Source: an uncultured Rhodopirellula sp. (GTDB lineage: Bacteria > Planctomycetota > Planctomycetia > Pirellulales > Pirellulaceae). Taken from it: a stretch of DNA of 64,000 nucleotides. The DNA lies in contig CAXGAI010000014.1 in assembly GCA_964007735.1 (NCBI GenBank), positions 1 through 64,000 of the forward strand. The letters are read 5' to 3'. The translations under genes and the position numbers were made by a program. This document shows, in pieces, positions 10,101 through 18,775 of the stretch. Below the pieces are notes generated by a model that saw nothing but the letters and a program-made list of their open reading frames with translations, did not search any database and was not told the DNA's origin. The number at the start of each line of letters is the position of its first letter. Position 1 is the first letter of the stretch.

Positions 10101-12282
10101 TCGATTTGACATCGGCCTTGCCATCTTGGTCCGTATCTTCGAAATACCAAATGTTTGGAGCGGCTGTCACTAAAATACCGTTTTTCCATGTCATGACGTC
10201 GGAAGGAAATCCCAGGTTATCGACGAATACTGTGGCTTTGTCGTATTGGCCGTCATGATTTGTGTCTTCAAGGTACTTTATGCGGCCGCCGTGTTTTCCA
10301 TTGTCATCCAGCCCTAAAGGGTAATCAGCCATCTCCACCACCCATAAACGTCCATCGGCTCCCCAGTCAAAGGCTACCGGATCCATGACTAGTGGTTCTG
10401 CTGCAACCAATTCGACCTTGAGTCCGGTAATAGTTTGGATGCTATTTAAGGAGGCTTCGGCGGATTTGGGAGGCGGTGGAATATTCTCCAGTAACTGCTC
10501 GAAACTACGACGGTCGACTAACGCTGGCAGGTTCTGAGTAAATTCATTTTGGACCCAAAGGTGTCCGCGACTAAACCATGAGCCGTTGTTAGTCCCCCCC
10601 AATGCAATAACCGGGAGTTCGGTGTCCTCCGGGCGTTGGCCCTTCAAGGCCTGAATCGCCCAGCCTGTTTCTGGAGAGTCAAAGAGATGAAGTTCATAGC
10701 CCCGGCTATTGGATTGCAGGATATCGTCGAAACCATCCTGATTCACATCGGCAAAACGGAATCCGTTGTCCGTTCCTTTATTGGTGACAAACTGCATGGC
10801 TTCGGGAAGACTGTATGGCAGTTCCTTCCATGAATTGTTCTGCCATACAAAAACCTGACCGTCGTTAGTAAAAAGTTCTGAATTTCCATCGCCATCGACG
10901 TCGCGGAACCGCAGGCCCTGGTCAATCCCTTTGATTCCGGTCTTCCATTGGGAGGAATAACCTTCGATACGATCTTTTGTCGGTATCCAGTTTCCATTCA
11001 GGTTTATCCAGACACCTGTGGTGCTGTCCTCGTTGATCCAAAGGCCAGTTTGGCGGCCTTCATGAGTAGAGAAAAATTGAGCATGGGAGTTTGTAAGTCG
11101 GGCAGGGAAAGGTGTTTCTTTCCAGGTGTTTTGTTCAGGAGCATAGACTCGAGTTAGTTGTCTCTGCCCATCTCCAATCAGGACATCCAGATATCCGTCA
11201 CTATTAAGATCGAGGAGACGGACGCCATTGTCACTGCCGTTGTCCGCACGCAAAGAACTGCCTTTGAGTAAGTTCTTATTAATACGCTCGAGGCAGTCTT
11301 TGAATGTCATGAACTTAACGCGTTTGCCGTATTTTGAATGAGCATGATTGATTAATTCAATAATTTGATCGTTGCGGATCCAACCGTGTGGATGAAACAC
11401 AAGTGGGTAGATCCCTTTTTTAATAACCGTCGCATCCAACGCATATTTCATGTCCCGTACGGTATCAGGGTTATTTGAGCGTTGTACGTTTTGAGCTTCC
11501 CAATCGCTGGGAACGACGCACGGAAATTGCCAACACACGCCAGCCTGTATGAAGGGATAAGGGTAGTTTTCAATAGTGTTAACAAATGAGTCGAAAGGAA
11601 TATAGTAAGGGAAACGCGCTTCGCCGTCCTTCCGTGTGGTAATTTCGGTTGGCAATTCAGGATCGTTAGAAGTGAAGACGTTGAACACGGATGAGTCGAT
11701 AGCCAAATGGTTCCCGGCTTCCGTTGTTTTGGCAAATATTTCGTACCAGAACCGTGGGCTGGGGGTGTTGAGCGAGTCGCAGCATGGCATGCGGAACGCA
11801 ACGGCTTTACTGTTGGGGATGGTAGCCATTAGATCGACGCATCGATCATAGGTGCTTTTAGCACGAGCAAAATCAGCACCATTTAAACAGGGGCATGGAT
11901 GGTCGATAGTATGGACTTCAAGGCTTAGTCCTTCCTTGATCCAGGATTGTAGTTGGGGATCTTCGGGATTTACGGTGTTGGTAAAGATACTTACCGGTGC
12001 CCGCCCCTCTATTTCATGTAGACGATCGAGGATTGGGCGTAAATAATTCTCGTAGGTGTTCGGATCTCGCATATCGTCGATGGAAAGAATGACAACGGCG
12101 TCAACATCCGCTTCGCCGATCCATTGCGGAGTAATAAGACGAGCAAATTCCTGTTCCACGTAATAGGGGTTGCGATCGGTCAGGTAGGTATAGCGATTGC
12201 CATTAGGAGCAGCATTGGCAGCCAACGCGGAAGCATGGAGACAATATACCAGTAGAGCAACGAAGAGGAGTTGGTTTTTCAT
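7192..12282 (-). CDS. PVC-type heme-binding CxxCH protein: polysaccharide deacetylase-like + FG-GAP repeats + dehydrogenase-like beta-propeller + HEAT + cytochrome c + C-terminal CBM-like domain
   Basis: LSIDD / HTIDH / FRMP / HPHGW (NodB-like). DLNSDGYLD, DVDGDGNSE, DVNQDGFDD (FG-GAP). ELVAAEPLVMDPVAFDWGADGRLWVVEM and FRPTTIRTGPDGALYFAD (propeller). CSACH...VGPNL...MPVGLE (cytochrome c). C-terminal beta-sandwich with TESWDDY. Confidence 0.88.
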   Translation of the reverse strand: MKNQLLFVALLVYCLHASALAANAAPNGNRYTYLTDRNPYYVEQEFARLITPQWIGEADVDAVVILSIDDMRDPNTYENYLRPILDRLHEIEGRAPVSIFTNTVNPEDPQLQSWIKEGLSLEVHTIDHPCPCLNGADFARAKSTYDRCVDLMATIPNSKAVAFRMPCCDSLNTPSPRFWYEIFAKTTEAGNHLAIDSSVFNVFTSNDPELPTEITTRKDGEARFPYYIPFDSFVNTIENYPYPFIQAGVCWQFPCVVPSDWEAQNVQRSNNPDTVRDMKYALDATVIKKGIYPLVFHPHGWIRNDQIIELINHAHSKYGKRVKFMTFKDCLERINKNLLKGSSLRADNGSDNGVRLLDLNSDGYLDVLIGDGQRQLTRVYAPEQNTWKETPFPARLTNSHAQFFSTHEGRQTGLWINEDSTTGVWINLNGNWIPTKDRIEGYSSQWKTGIKGIDQGLRFRDVDGDGNSELFTNDGQVFVWQNNSWKELPYSLPEAMQFVTNKGTDNGFRFADVNQDGFDDILQSNSRGYELHLFDSPETGWAIQALKGQRPEDTELPVIALGGTNNGSWFSRGHLWVQNEFTQNLPALVDRRSFEQLLENIPPPPKSAEASLNSIQTITGLKVELVAAEPLVMDPVAFDWGADGRLWVVEMADYPLGLDDNGKHGGRIKYLEDTNHDGQYDKATVFVDNLGFPSDVMTWKNGILVTAAPNIWYFEDTDQDGKADVKSILFEGFAEGNQQHRVNGLRWGLDNWIYLANGDSDGVVHSIKTGQRINIAGRDLKLRPDTGEMIALAGETQHGRNRDDWGNWWGANNSNPMFQFVMTDHYHARNPHVAPPGSRHAVATIQNSPLFPVSRIMSHWEGYRPPAPGQPSRFTSACSTTMYRDTLLGANVNRSMLVSEPVHNLIHRRHIRMNGLLMHSSKPEAEDNTEFLRSTDSWFRPTTIRTGPDGALYFADIYRLVIEHPEWIDDQTEKELDLREGSDKGRIYRIVPEDTPLRPYNFPARTDQPQFVKDLSHPNGWVRDHAHMQLVWNQGDHTIDNQLTATALKNRSPLARLHALSVLSGRDSLDVQTVVEALKDEHAEVRRLAIRLSEGLADTAKAPVISEVLLRLGKTEQAPQVLLQLAYSLGEFKTAEVPLSLATILQRQPDNRYIVGAALSSTSTRSTEVLRHYQILTGNTPNTTILSGLLATSLAANEQNAISRLAQQLLTSETGPPQIWQFAALNRVQQLLEQQDTNLQETLGKPAEKEILQQFSSQARVLATNDDQPIEGRRAAFEFLLATSANIDIPILRALLTPQTPTDLQTVAIAFINRHASGEITQSLLEDWTSIDPLISDQLITVLIRDTESTRVLLEAVKAKTLKPDSFNATHRQTLLAHPVEEIRSEALIFFGMTTDNQRQDLIKRYLTVTLQEGGDVTRGEELFTKNCSACHRLNNKGAAVGPNLHGLKNKSSEFLTTHILDPNKAVEDKFRNYSILTIRGKIITGLVTEQTAISLTVTAAKGEATTILRKDIEEDGLKRTGQSMMPVGLEKFLSPEGMTDVISFIQANQTPPKSFAGNMPIKVKLQNGQYSLPASQAAIYGDTIVFEGKYGNIGFWGSENDRAVWTIDIQKAGEYNVILDWAAPQNTAGNHFELTSGKSGFVGTVTATESWDDYQQKKIGSITLPTGTIQLTFTSSGPINGFLLDLRTLSLVPSK

Positions 12283-12349
12283 AGCTCTATGTTACCTCGT
12301 TGATAAAGTCGGGCTCAATTCATCGCCGGGGTGCAACGACGAATGTTGT

Positions 12350-13798
12350 TTAGGAGAGTATGTCGTGAAGAACTTCGCCCGCAACATCGGTCAACCGGAA
12401 ATCTCGGCCATTAAAGCGATACGTCAGCTTTTCGTGGTTGAGACCCATCTGGTGTAAAACGGTTGCCTGAATGTCATGGGCAGTAACACGCCGTTCAACC
12501 GATTTGTAACCAAATTCGTCAGTTGCTCCGTATTGCGCCCCGCCCTTGAATCCGCCGCCGGCAAACCAAGTCGTAAAGGCATTCGGGTTGTGGTCGCGTC
12601 CGGCGCTACCCTGTGAATCAGACGTGCGACCAAATTCCCCGCCATAGATAACAATAGTATCTTCCAGCAGGCCTCGTTGTTTGAGGTCCGTAAGAAGTGC
12701 GGCGGTGGGTTGATCGACTGTCGATGCACAGGTTCCGTGGTTTTGTCGGATGTCACTGTGACCATCCCAGGGTACATCACTCACTCCTCCTCCCGGTGTT
12801 TTCGGGATGGAGGCAAAAACCTGAACAAAACGAACACCTCGCTCAATCATTCTCCGGGCCAGCAGGCATTGCCGGCCGTAGTCCTTGGATTCAGTCCGGT
12901 TAAGCCCGTACATTTCATGGATATACTCGGGTTCCTGAGAGATATCGAAAGCTTCTGGTGCTGCACTTTGCATACGGTAAGCAAGTTCGAAGGATTCCAA
13001 GCGAGCGTTCAGGTCACGGTCGAATGGTCGTTGATCGGCGTGTTGGCGGTTCGCGTTGTTGAGTGTGTCCAAAAGGGAACGCTGAGGCACCCCCTCCAAC
13101 TCTTTGAGTTGTTCCAGATTGTCAATGGGCTTGGCAGCTCGTGGATCCAGTGAAGTTGCCTGATAGACAGAGGGTAAAAACCCGGAAGACCAAATAGGGT
13201 CTCCGCCGCGGGGTTTCGTCCCGTGCATGACGACATACGAGGGTAGATTAGAGTTGGAGCTTCCCAGACCATAACTCATCCATGACCCCATGCTTGGAAA
13301 GCCCTGGCGTATCATCCCGCCGTTAAGTTCCAGCATGGCCGGCGTATGGTTGTTTGATTGAGAATGACAGGAATAGACAAAAGCGATGTCATCGGCATGT
13401 TTGGCGAGGTTTGGGAAAATCTCAGATATCCAAGCTCCTGACGCACCATGTTGCTTGAATCGGAAAGGAGATTTCAGGCATTTGCCGCTGGTCGTAAAGA
13501 ATCCTGTTTTTGGATCAGCCCCTGCGAGTGCCTGGCCATCGCGTTTCCCAAGTTCCGGCTTGTAGTCAAAAGTGTCGACCTGACTGGGACTGCCGGTTTG
13601 GAATAACCAGATGATCGCTTTCGCCTTTGGTTTGTAATGTGACGAGCGTTCTGCCAGTGGGTTGTTGTTCTCTGCAGCATGAATGACCCCTTCTTGATGG
13701 AGTAGGTCGGTAATCGCCAGACTGCCAAAGCCCATTCCGGCCTTCATCAAGAATTGTCGACGCGTATTGCTTGGAGCGAGAGGGTGATTGTGATTCAT
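12350..13798 (-). CDS. DUF1501 domain protein (PSD1-partnered subtype)
   Basis: TRRQFL Tat motif; GSPSQVDTFDYKP, WDGH, GEFGRT, GRDHNP, LTYRFNGRDFRLTDV. Confidence 0.93.
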   Translation of the reverse strand: MNHNHPLAPSNTRRQFLMKAGMGFGSLAITDLLHQEGVIHAAENNNPLAERSSHYKPKAKAIIWLFQTGSPSQVDTFDYKPELGKRDGQALAGADPKTGFFTTSGKCLKSPFRFKQHGASGAWISEIFPNLAKHADDIAFVYSCHSQSNNHTPAMLELNGGMIRQGFPSMGSWMSYGLGSSNSNLPSYVVMHGTKPRGGDPIWSSGFLPSVYQATSLDPRAAKPIDNLEQLKELEGVPQRSLLDTLNNANRQHADQRPFDRDLNARLESFELAYRMQSAAPEAFDISQEPEYIHEMYGLNRTESKDYGRQCLLARRMIERGVRFVQVFASIPKTPGGGVSDVPWDGHSDIRQNHGTCASTVDQPTAALLTDLKQRGLLEDTIVIYGGEFGRTSDSQGSAGRDHNPNAFTTWFAGGGFKGGAQYGATDEFGYKSVERRVTAHDIQATVLHQMGLNHEKLTYRFNGRDFRLTDVAGEVLHDILS

Positions 13799-13810
13799 GG
13801 TTTTCCAATG

Positions 13811-16800
13811 CTAGTCGATATAAATAAATTCATTCATACAAAGTACGAGATGACAGAAGTCACGGACAGCCAGTTGTTCAGCATGGGCGTCTCCACCTCG
13901 TTTTTCGGTCTGGGACTGGATGAACTGATTCATGGTTTGTATTTCGTCGGCCGTGGCAGATCGGGACAAGGCTAACTCGTAAGTTGATGTAATGACCTGT
14001 TCGATGGGGGTTTCGTTTGTTGCACGCACTCGTGCTGCAAATTGAGTTGCATACTCTCGAATGAGTGGGGAGTTTAGTAATGCCAGAGCCTGAGGGGCCA
14101 CTGTGCTTTGTTCCCGAGTCGCAATTCCCTGCATGGCATCCGGAGCATCGAAAAGCTTTAGTAATGGGATGAGTTGACCACGTTTTACCGTGAAGTAAAT
14201 GCTGCGGCGGTTGCTTCGTTCATTGAGTGTTCCCTTGCCGTAGTGAGTGAGATCGATATTCCCACTCATTAAAAGGATCGTATCACGAATGATCTCAGCT
14301 TCTAATCGTCTTGCAGATCGCCGCCATAGTAGTAGGTTTTCAGGGTCTTGCTGAACTCCGGCGTCGGATTTTGCATTGCCTTGCATGTAGGTTGCGCTGG
14401 ACATAATTAGTTTGTGAATCGGTTTCAAACGCCACTCGTTCTTGATTAACTGCTCAGCCAGGTAGTCAAGAAGTAGTGGATGACTGGGGGATTCTCCACG
14501 AGTTCCGAAGTCACTTGGCGTTGCAACGATGCCTCGGCCGAAGTGGTGATACCAGAGTCGGTTTACCAAAACTCGAGCTGACAAGTGCCCAGCCCCCAAC
14601 GTTTCATCCGTTAGCCAATGGGCAAGTGTTTCACGACCTCTCAAGGGCTCATTCAGGGTGTTCCCGGCAGTGGTCCAAAAAGTTTCATCCTTTTCAGCAT
14701 CCGTAAGGACTTGAAGGAAACCAGGGGCAGCGAGACTCTCTTTGTTATCGGAATTGCCGCGGCGCAAGTGATAGACCTTGTAAGTGTCTTCACCGAATTG
14801 ATAAGTGCTCCCTTTGTGTCTGGCGGCAAAGACTGGAACATTAGCAGGGGAGGGTTTAGAAAGTTCGTGGAATTTGACAGGTTGTTCCAGGTTAAGGTAA
14901 CCCAGATCGTACCCCTTATACCAGTCAAGCAGTCGTTTCTTTTGTCCCTCATTTCGTTTGTCAGGTGCAAGGGCTAAAATGTTGCGAACATCCTCCGGTT
15001 CTTTTCCGTGGGTTGCTTTGAAATAGAACCCAGTCTTGCCACCACCATTGGTGATCTTCATAAGGATTGCATTTCGGCCTTCAGCCAGTTGGATCGTTAG
15101 CTTTTCCTGATCTGCTTTAGCGTCCGTGCGAGCAACGTTTTTATTTAAAACTTTACGTCCATTCACCCAGACCTGAATCCCGTCGTCACTGCCTAGTGAT
15201 AAATGGACAGGCTGAGGTCTGGAGGAATCGATGACTCGGTAAAGAAAATTAGCACTGTTCTCACCACTTAACAGCTCGTTATGTGCTGTCCCGTCTTCCC
15301 AGTCGGCATGCTCTTTCCACTTCAGGCCACCCTCGTAGGTGAGGCTTAGGTCGATGGTATTCTCAGGTGGATAAACCGTCCCAAACGCTTCATTATGATT
15401 TGCGGCTTTGAACGGACCCACATGATGCCAACTTCGGAGAGAGGCCACGGAATTGTTGGCTAGCGTAACGAGCGTTACGCGGAAACCAACCTGCTTTGTC
15501 TGTCCCGTTAGCTTAATCAGGATTTCATTGTCGCCCTTCTTGATTGGCACGCTCAGTTTATATTGTCCGATGACAGTGCCGGCAGATTCTTTCGCTTTCA
15601 ATACTTCTACCTGATTAACCCACACGGAAATGTTGTTGGCAGACGTCACGGTAAAAGTCGCGGTTTGGTCGATAGGGGAAATTACTTTGCGGAACACATA
15701 ATGGGCTGAATTTGGAGAATGTTCTATCAAACCCGATTCCCCTTCTTTCCAGTCTGGCTTCTCTTGCCATGTGATGGATCCATCCTTATACGATGCCTGG
15801 AGATCAATACCTTGTTCAGGGGCAAAAGCGGTATCCAGAGCCTCTTGAGGACTGTTTGCCGGGAAGGCACCAGCATAATGCCAGGCGGCTTGCGAAAGAG
15901 GTGCTGTTTCGGGGGTCGGTACGGCTACAGAAACCCACTGCTTGAAATTGTCCGGCAAGATGTCAGTCGTATACTGATTGAGCGCGGCGGTGAGGGGACG
16001 GAGCGCATCATCATAGACTTTCATGTTGGCCAGAAATTCTTCCGGTTTGGAGTTTAACTGTACGTCGGCACTACCAACTTCGGCAAAGTTCGCTACGAAT
16101 CGATAATAATCGTGTTTCGGAAGAGGATCGAATTTGTGACTATGGCACCGCGCACAGCCGACGGTCAATCCAAGGACAGACGTGCCGAGTGTACTCACAA
16201 TATCATCGAGCTGTTCATAGCGACTTCTTTCGCGTTCTTTTTGTGTTTGCTGGGATGTAAAGGGCCCGGCCACAAGGAAACCTGTGGCGGCGAAACTTGT
16301 TCTTGCAGTGAGGTATTCGTCTGTTGTCGTGAAATCGGTTTTTGTTTTGATGTCACCCGCAAGCTGTGCATCTAGAAATTGGTCATATGGCAGGTCCTGA
16401 TTAATAGCCCGGATAACCCAGTCGCGGTAATGCCAGGCATTGGGGCGATCCTTATCAAATGCGTATCCGTTGCTTTCGGCGAAGCGTACAATGTCGAGCC
16501 AGTGTCTCCCCCAACGTTCTCCAAAGTGTTCGTCGGCCATCAATTGATCGAGTAGCTTGGAATAGGCTCCCTCAAAATCGTCTTCTGCCGCCTTAATAAA
16601 CGCCGCGACAGCATCCGGTGAGGGCGGCAGGCCTATGAGGTCAAAGTAGGCGCGTCGAATCAACGTTCTGTAAGAAGCAATTGTGTTGGGGGTGATCCCT
16701 TTTTCGTCCTGACGGGCGCGTACATAGCGGTCGATGTCATTGCGTATCCAGCCCATATCCTGGACATCTGGTGGTTGCGACGTTTGTAGTCGTTGAAAGG

Positions 16801-17242
16801 CCCAGTGTTTACGGCCGGCTTCAATATCGACTTCCGCAGTGGCAATGGCTGCTCCTTCCCGAGGGTCCGGCGCACCAATGGTGATCCAGTGTTCGAAATG
16901 TCCAATGATTTCAGCTGGCAGTTTTCCAGCAGGTGGCATTTCAAATCCGTCATGATTCAAAGCAGAGAGCAAAAGGCTTTCGGCAGGTTTTCCCGGTACA
17001 ACAGCAGGTCCACTTTCACCACCCTTGGCGGAACCCGCTCGTGTGTCTAGTAGCAAGGCTCCTTTTAAGTTGTTTTTCGCAACGGCTTCGGCACTGTGGC
17101 ATTCGTAGCAGTGCTTAACGAGCATCGGACGAATCTTGGCTTCGAAGAAATCAAGTCCAGCCCTGTCTTCCTCCTGGCATTTCGCAACCGAGTGCAGCAG
17201 TACAAGGGTCAATGTCAGGATAGATTTGATCGAGTAGGGCAT
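13811..17242 (-). CDS. PSCyt1/DUF1549/DUF1553 (PSD1) planctomycete cytochrome c protein with two PA14-like inserts
   Basis: FFEAKIRP..CYECH, ERWGRHWLDIVRFAES, CARCHSHKFDP, VNRLWYHHFGRGIV.TPSDFG, PSHP.LLDYLA, PQALALLN. Confidence 0.93.
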   Translation of the reverse strand: MPYSIKSILTLTLVLLHSVAKCQEEDRAGLDFFEAKIRPMLVKHCYECHSAEAVAKNNLKGALLLDTRAGSAKGGESGPAVVPGKPAESLLLSALNHDGFEMPPAGKLPAEIIGHFEHWITIGAPDPREGAAIATAEVDIEAGRKHWAFQRLQTSQPPDVQDMGWIRNDIDRYVRARQDEKGITPNTIASYRTLIRRAYFDLIGLPPSPDAVAAFIKAAEDDFEGAYSKLLDQLMADEHFGERWGRHWLDIVRFAESNGYAFDKDRPNAWHYRDWVIRAINQDLPYDQFLDAQLAGDIKTKTDFTTTDEYLTARTSFAATGFLVAGPFTSQQTQKERERSRYEQLDDIVSTLGTSVLGLTVGCARCHSHKFDPLPKHDYYRFVANFAEVGSADVQLNSKPEEFLANMKVYDDALRPLTAALNQYTTDILPDNFKQWVSVAVPTPETAPLSQAAWHYAGAFPANSPQEALDTAFAPEQGIDLQASYKDGSITWQEKPDWKEGESGLIEHSPNSAHYVFRKVISPIDQTATFTVTSANNISVWVNQVEVLKAKESAGTVIGQYKLSVPIKKGDNEILIKLTGQTKQVGFRVTLVTLANNSVASLRSWHHVGPFKAANHNEAFGTVYPPENTIDLSLTYEGGLKWKEHADWEDGTAHNELLSGENSANFLYRVIDSSRPQPVHLSLGSDDGIQVWVNGRKVLNKNVARTDAKADQEKLTIQLAEGRNAILMKITNGGGKTGFYFKATHGKEPEDVRNILALAPDKRNEGQKKRLLDWYKGYDLGYLNLEQPVKFHELSKPSPANVPVFAARHKGSTYQFGEDTYKVYHLRRGNSDNKESLAAPGFLQVLTDAEKDETFWTTAGNTLNEPLRGRETLAHWLTDETLGAGHLSARVLVNRLWYHHFGRGIVATPSDFGTRGESPSHPLLLDYLAEQLIKNEWRLKPIHKLIMSSATYMQGNAKSDAGVQQDPENLLLWRRSARRLEAEIIRDTILLMSGNIDLTHYGKGTLNERSNRRSIYFTVKRGQLIPLLKLFDAPDAMQGIATREQSTVAPQALALLNSPLIREYATQFAARVRATNETPIEQVITSTYELALSRSATADEIQTMNQFIQSQTEKRGGDAHAEQLAVRDFCHLVLCMNEFIYID

Positions 17243-17378
17243 TTGTTGACCGGCGGCTGTCGTAATGGGGCGTGGGTTTTCTTTTTTAAACTCTCATTTA
17301 TTATACATTAAGAACTTGGTTATTACGCTTATTCGTAACGTCGCTACTCAATGAGAAATTCTCTGGAGTCATAGTTTT

Positions 17379-17801
17379 TTGTCATCCCCTAAAGTTGTTG
17401 TAGGTTTCAGGAAGGTCGTCATGATGACGGCTGCTGCGATCTGCTTTGGACTGGCTTTTTTGGGGGCTTTATTACCCGGGTTGCCGGCAACTCCTTTCTT
17501 GTTGCTAACCAGCTTTTTACTACTAAGGACATCCCCGAATTTAAATTCACGCCTGAGGCGATCGAAGATGTTCGGCCCGATCCTAACGGATTGGGAAGAA
17601 TATGGTGGTGTCCGCTCTCACGTTAAAATGAAGGCAGTCTTTGTTGTCATCATCTCGATAAGTCTGACGATGTACTTTGGACCGGAGATTGTCTGGCTGC
17701 GTTGGCTTGTGGGGGCATTGGCTGTTGTTGGAATTTTCGTAATCTACCGATTGCCTGTTGCAAAAGGAAGTGACGATTTACCTGATCGCGATGCGGTCTA
17801 G
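17379..17801 (+). CDS. ybaN: YbaN (DUF454) family inner membrane protein
   Basis: GALLPGLPATPFLLL...SP...FGPIL.DW signature. Confidence 0.85.
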   Translation: MSSPKVVVGFRKVVMMTAAAICFGLAFLGALLPGLPATPFLLLTSFLLLRTSPNLNSRLRRSKMFGPILTDWEEYGGVRSHVKMKAVFVVIISISLTMYFGPEIVWLRWLVGALAVVGIFVIYRLPVAKGSDDLPDRDAV

Positions 17802-18746
17802 TTCGTTCATCCAACGTTGTAATTGCAGGCCATCCTGGTATCTCGCTCCTATCGGAACCATCTGTTCTCCGGTGATCACACGAAGGAAACAACGTTGTTC
17901 CTCGATCATCATCCCAGTAGCACCAGTTTCATCCGCTGTAATCTCCAAGGCTAAAGGCCACTGAGCCTGCTCGTCATTCCAGATCTGGATGGGACGTGGA
18001 TTAGGCGATAGGCGAGCGGCCCATCCTTCGCCGAAGAGTTCCATGCGATCAAACCCACGAGGAGGCATTCCAGCGGGCGTCATGTAGCTGGCGCTAAAAC
18101 GGGCGAGAAAACCTGATGGCCAGATTAGCTGAGCGTTTGCCAGATCGATTTGTCCGTTAGTTGTTAAGTGGTACTGACAACTAAAGCTACGTGGTTCCTC
18201 AGCATTGGTTAATGCCTGAGCACAATACAGGTCATGCACCATTGCCGCGTGGAGTGGGTTTTCGCCTTCAAAGTCATGAACAATCGATGCAGGACGGTGG
18301 CGTACGGCATCCATGTGCGTTAACTCGGGTCTTCCTGAAGCTTCCTGACGGAGTGCCTTGAACTCGCTGTTAAATAGAAGGATATGCCCGAGCATGAGGT
18401 TAGACGAATCCCCTTTAACCAATGGGGCTAAACGTTCTGCCTCTTTCAGGTCATTAGCGATTGGCTTTTCCAAAAGCACATGGTGTCCGGCTTCCAGAAG
18501 TTTTTGAGCTACTGAAACGTGCTGACTGGTAGTGCACGCAACAATCCAGGCCGTGGCCCCGGACTGCTCGATTGCCGTGTCTAGATTGGTATAGCCTGTC
18601 GTGGACGGGATCTCTTCCAGCAACTTTTCGACACTTTCCTGACGTCGGGCTACAACGGCAGTCAAATGAACGTTTTCTAGCGTTAAAAGGGTTAAAGCAT
18701 GTAAACGCCCAAAGCGTCCTAAGCCAATGACACCGCACTTAATCAT
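17778..18746 (-). CDS. Gfo/Idh/MocA family oxidoreductase
   Basis: GVIGLGRFG Rossmann motif, HVLLEKP, MLGHILLFN. Confidence 0.92.
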   Translation of the reverse strand: MIKCGVIGLGRFGRLHALTLLTLENVHLTAVVARRQESVEKLLEEIPSTTGYTNLDTAIEQSGATAWIVACTTSQHVSVAQKLLEAGHHVLLEKPIANDLKEAERLAPLVKGDSSNLMLGHILLFNSEFKALRQEASGRPELTHMDAVRHRPASIVHDFEGENPLHAAMVHDLYCAQALTNAEEPRSFSCQYHLTTNGQIDLANAQLIWPSGFLARFSASYMTPAGMPPRGFDRMELFGEGWAARLSPNPRPIQIWNDEQAQWPLALEITADETGATGMMIEEQRCFLRVITGEQMVPIGARYQDGLQLQRWMNELDRIAIR

Positions 18747-18775
18747 CGATTATGAAATCCTTTTGGTGCTAAGGT

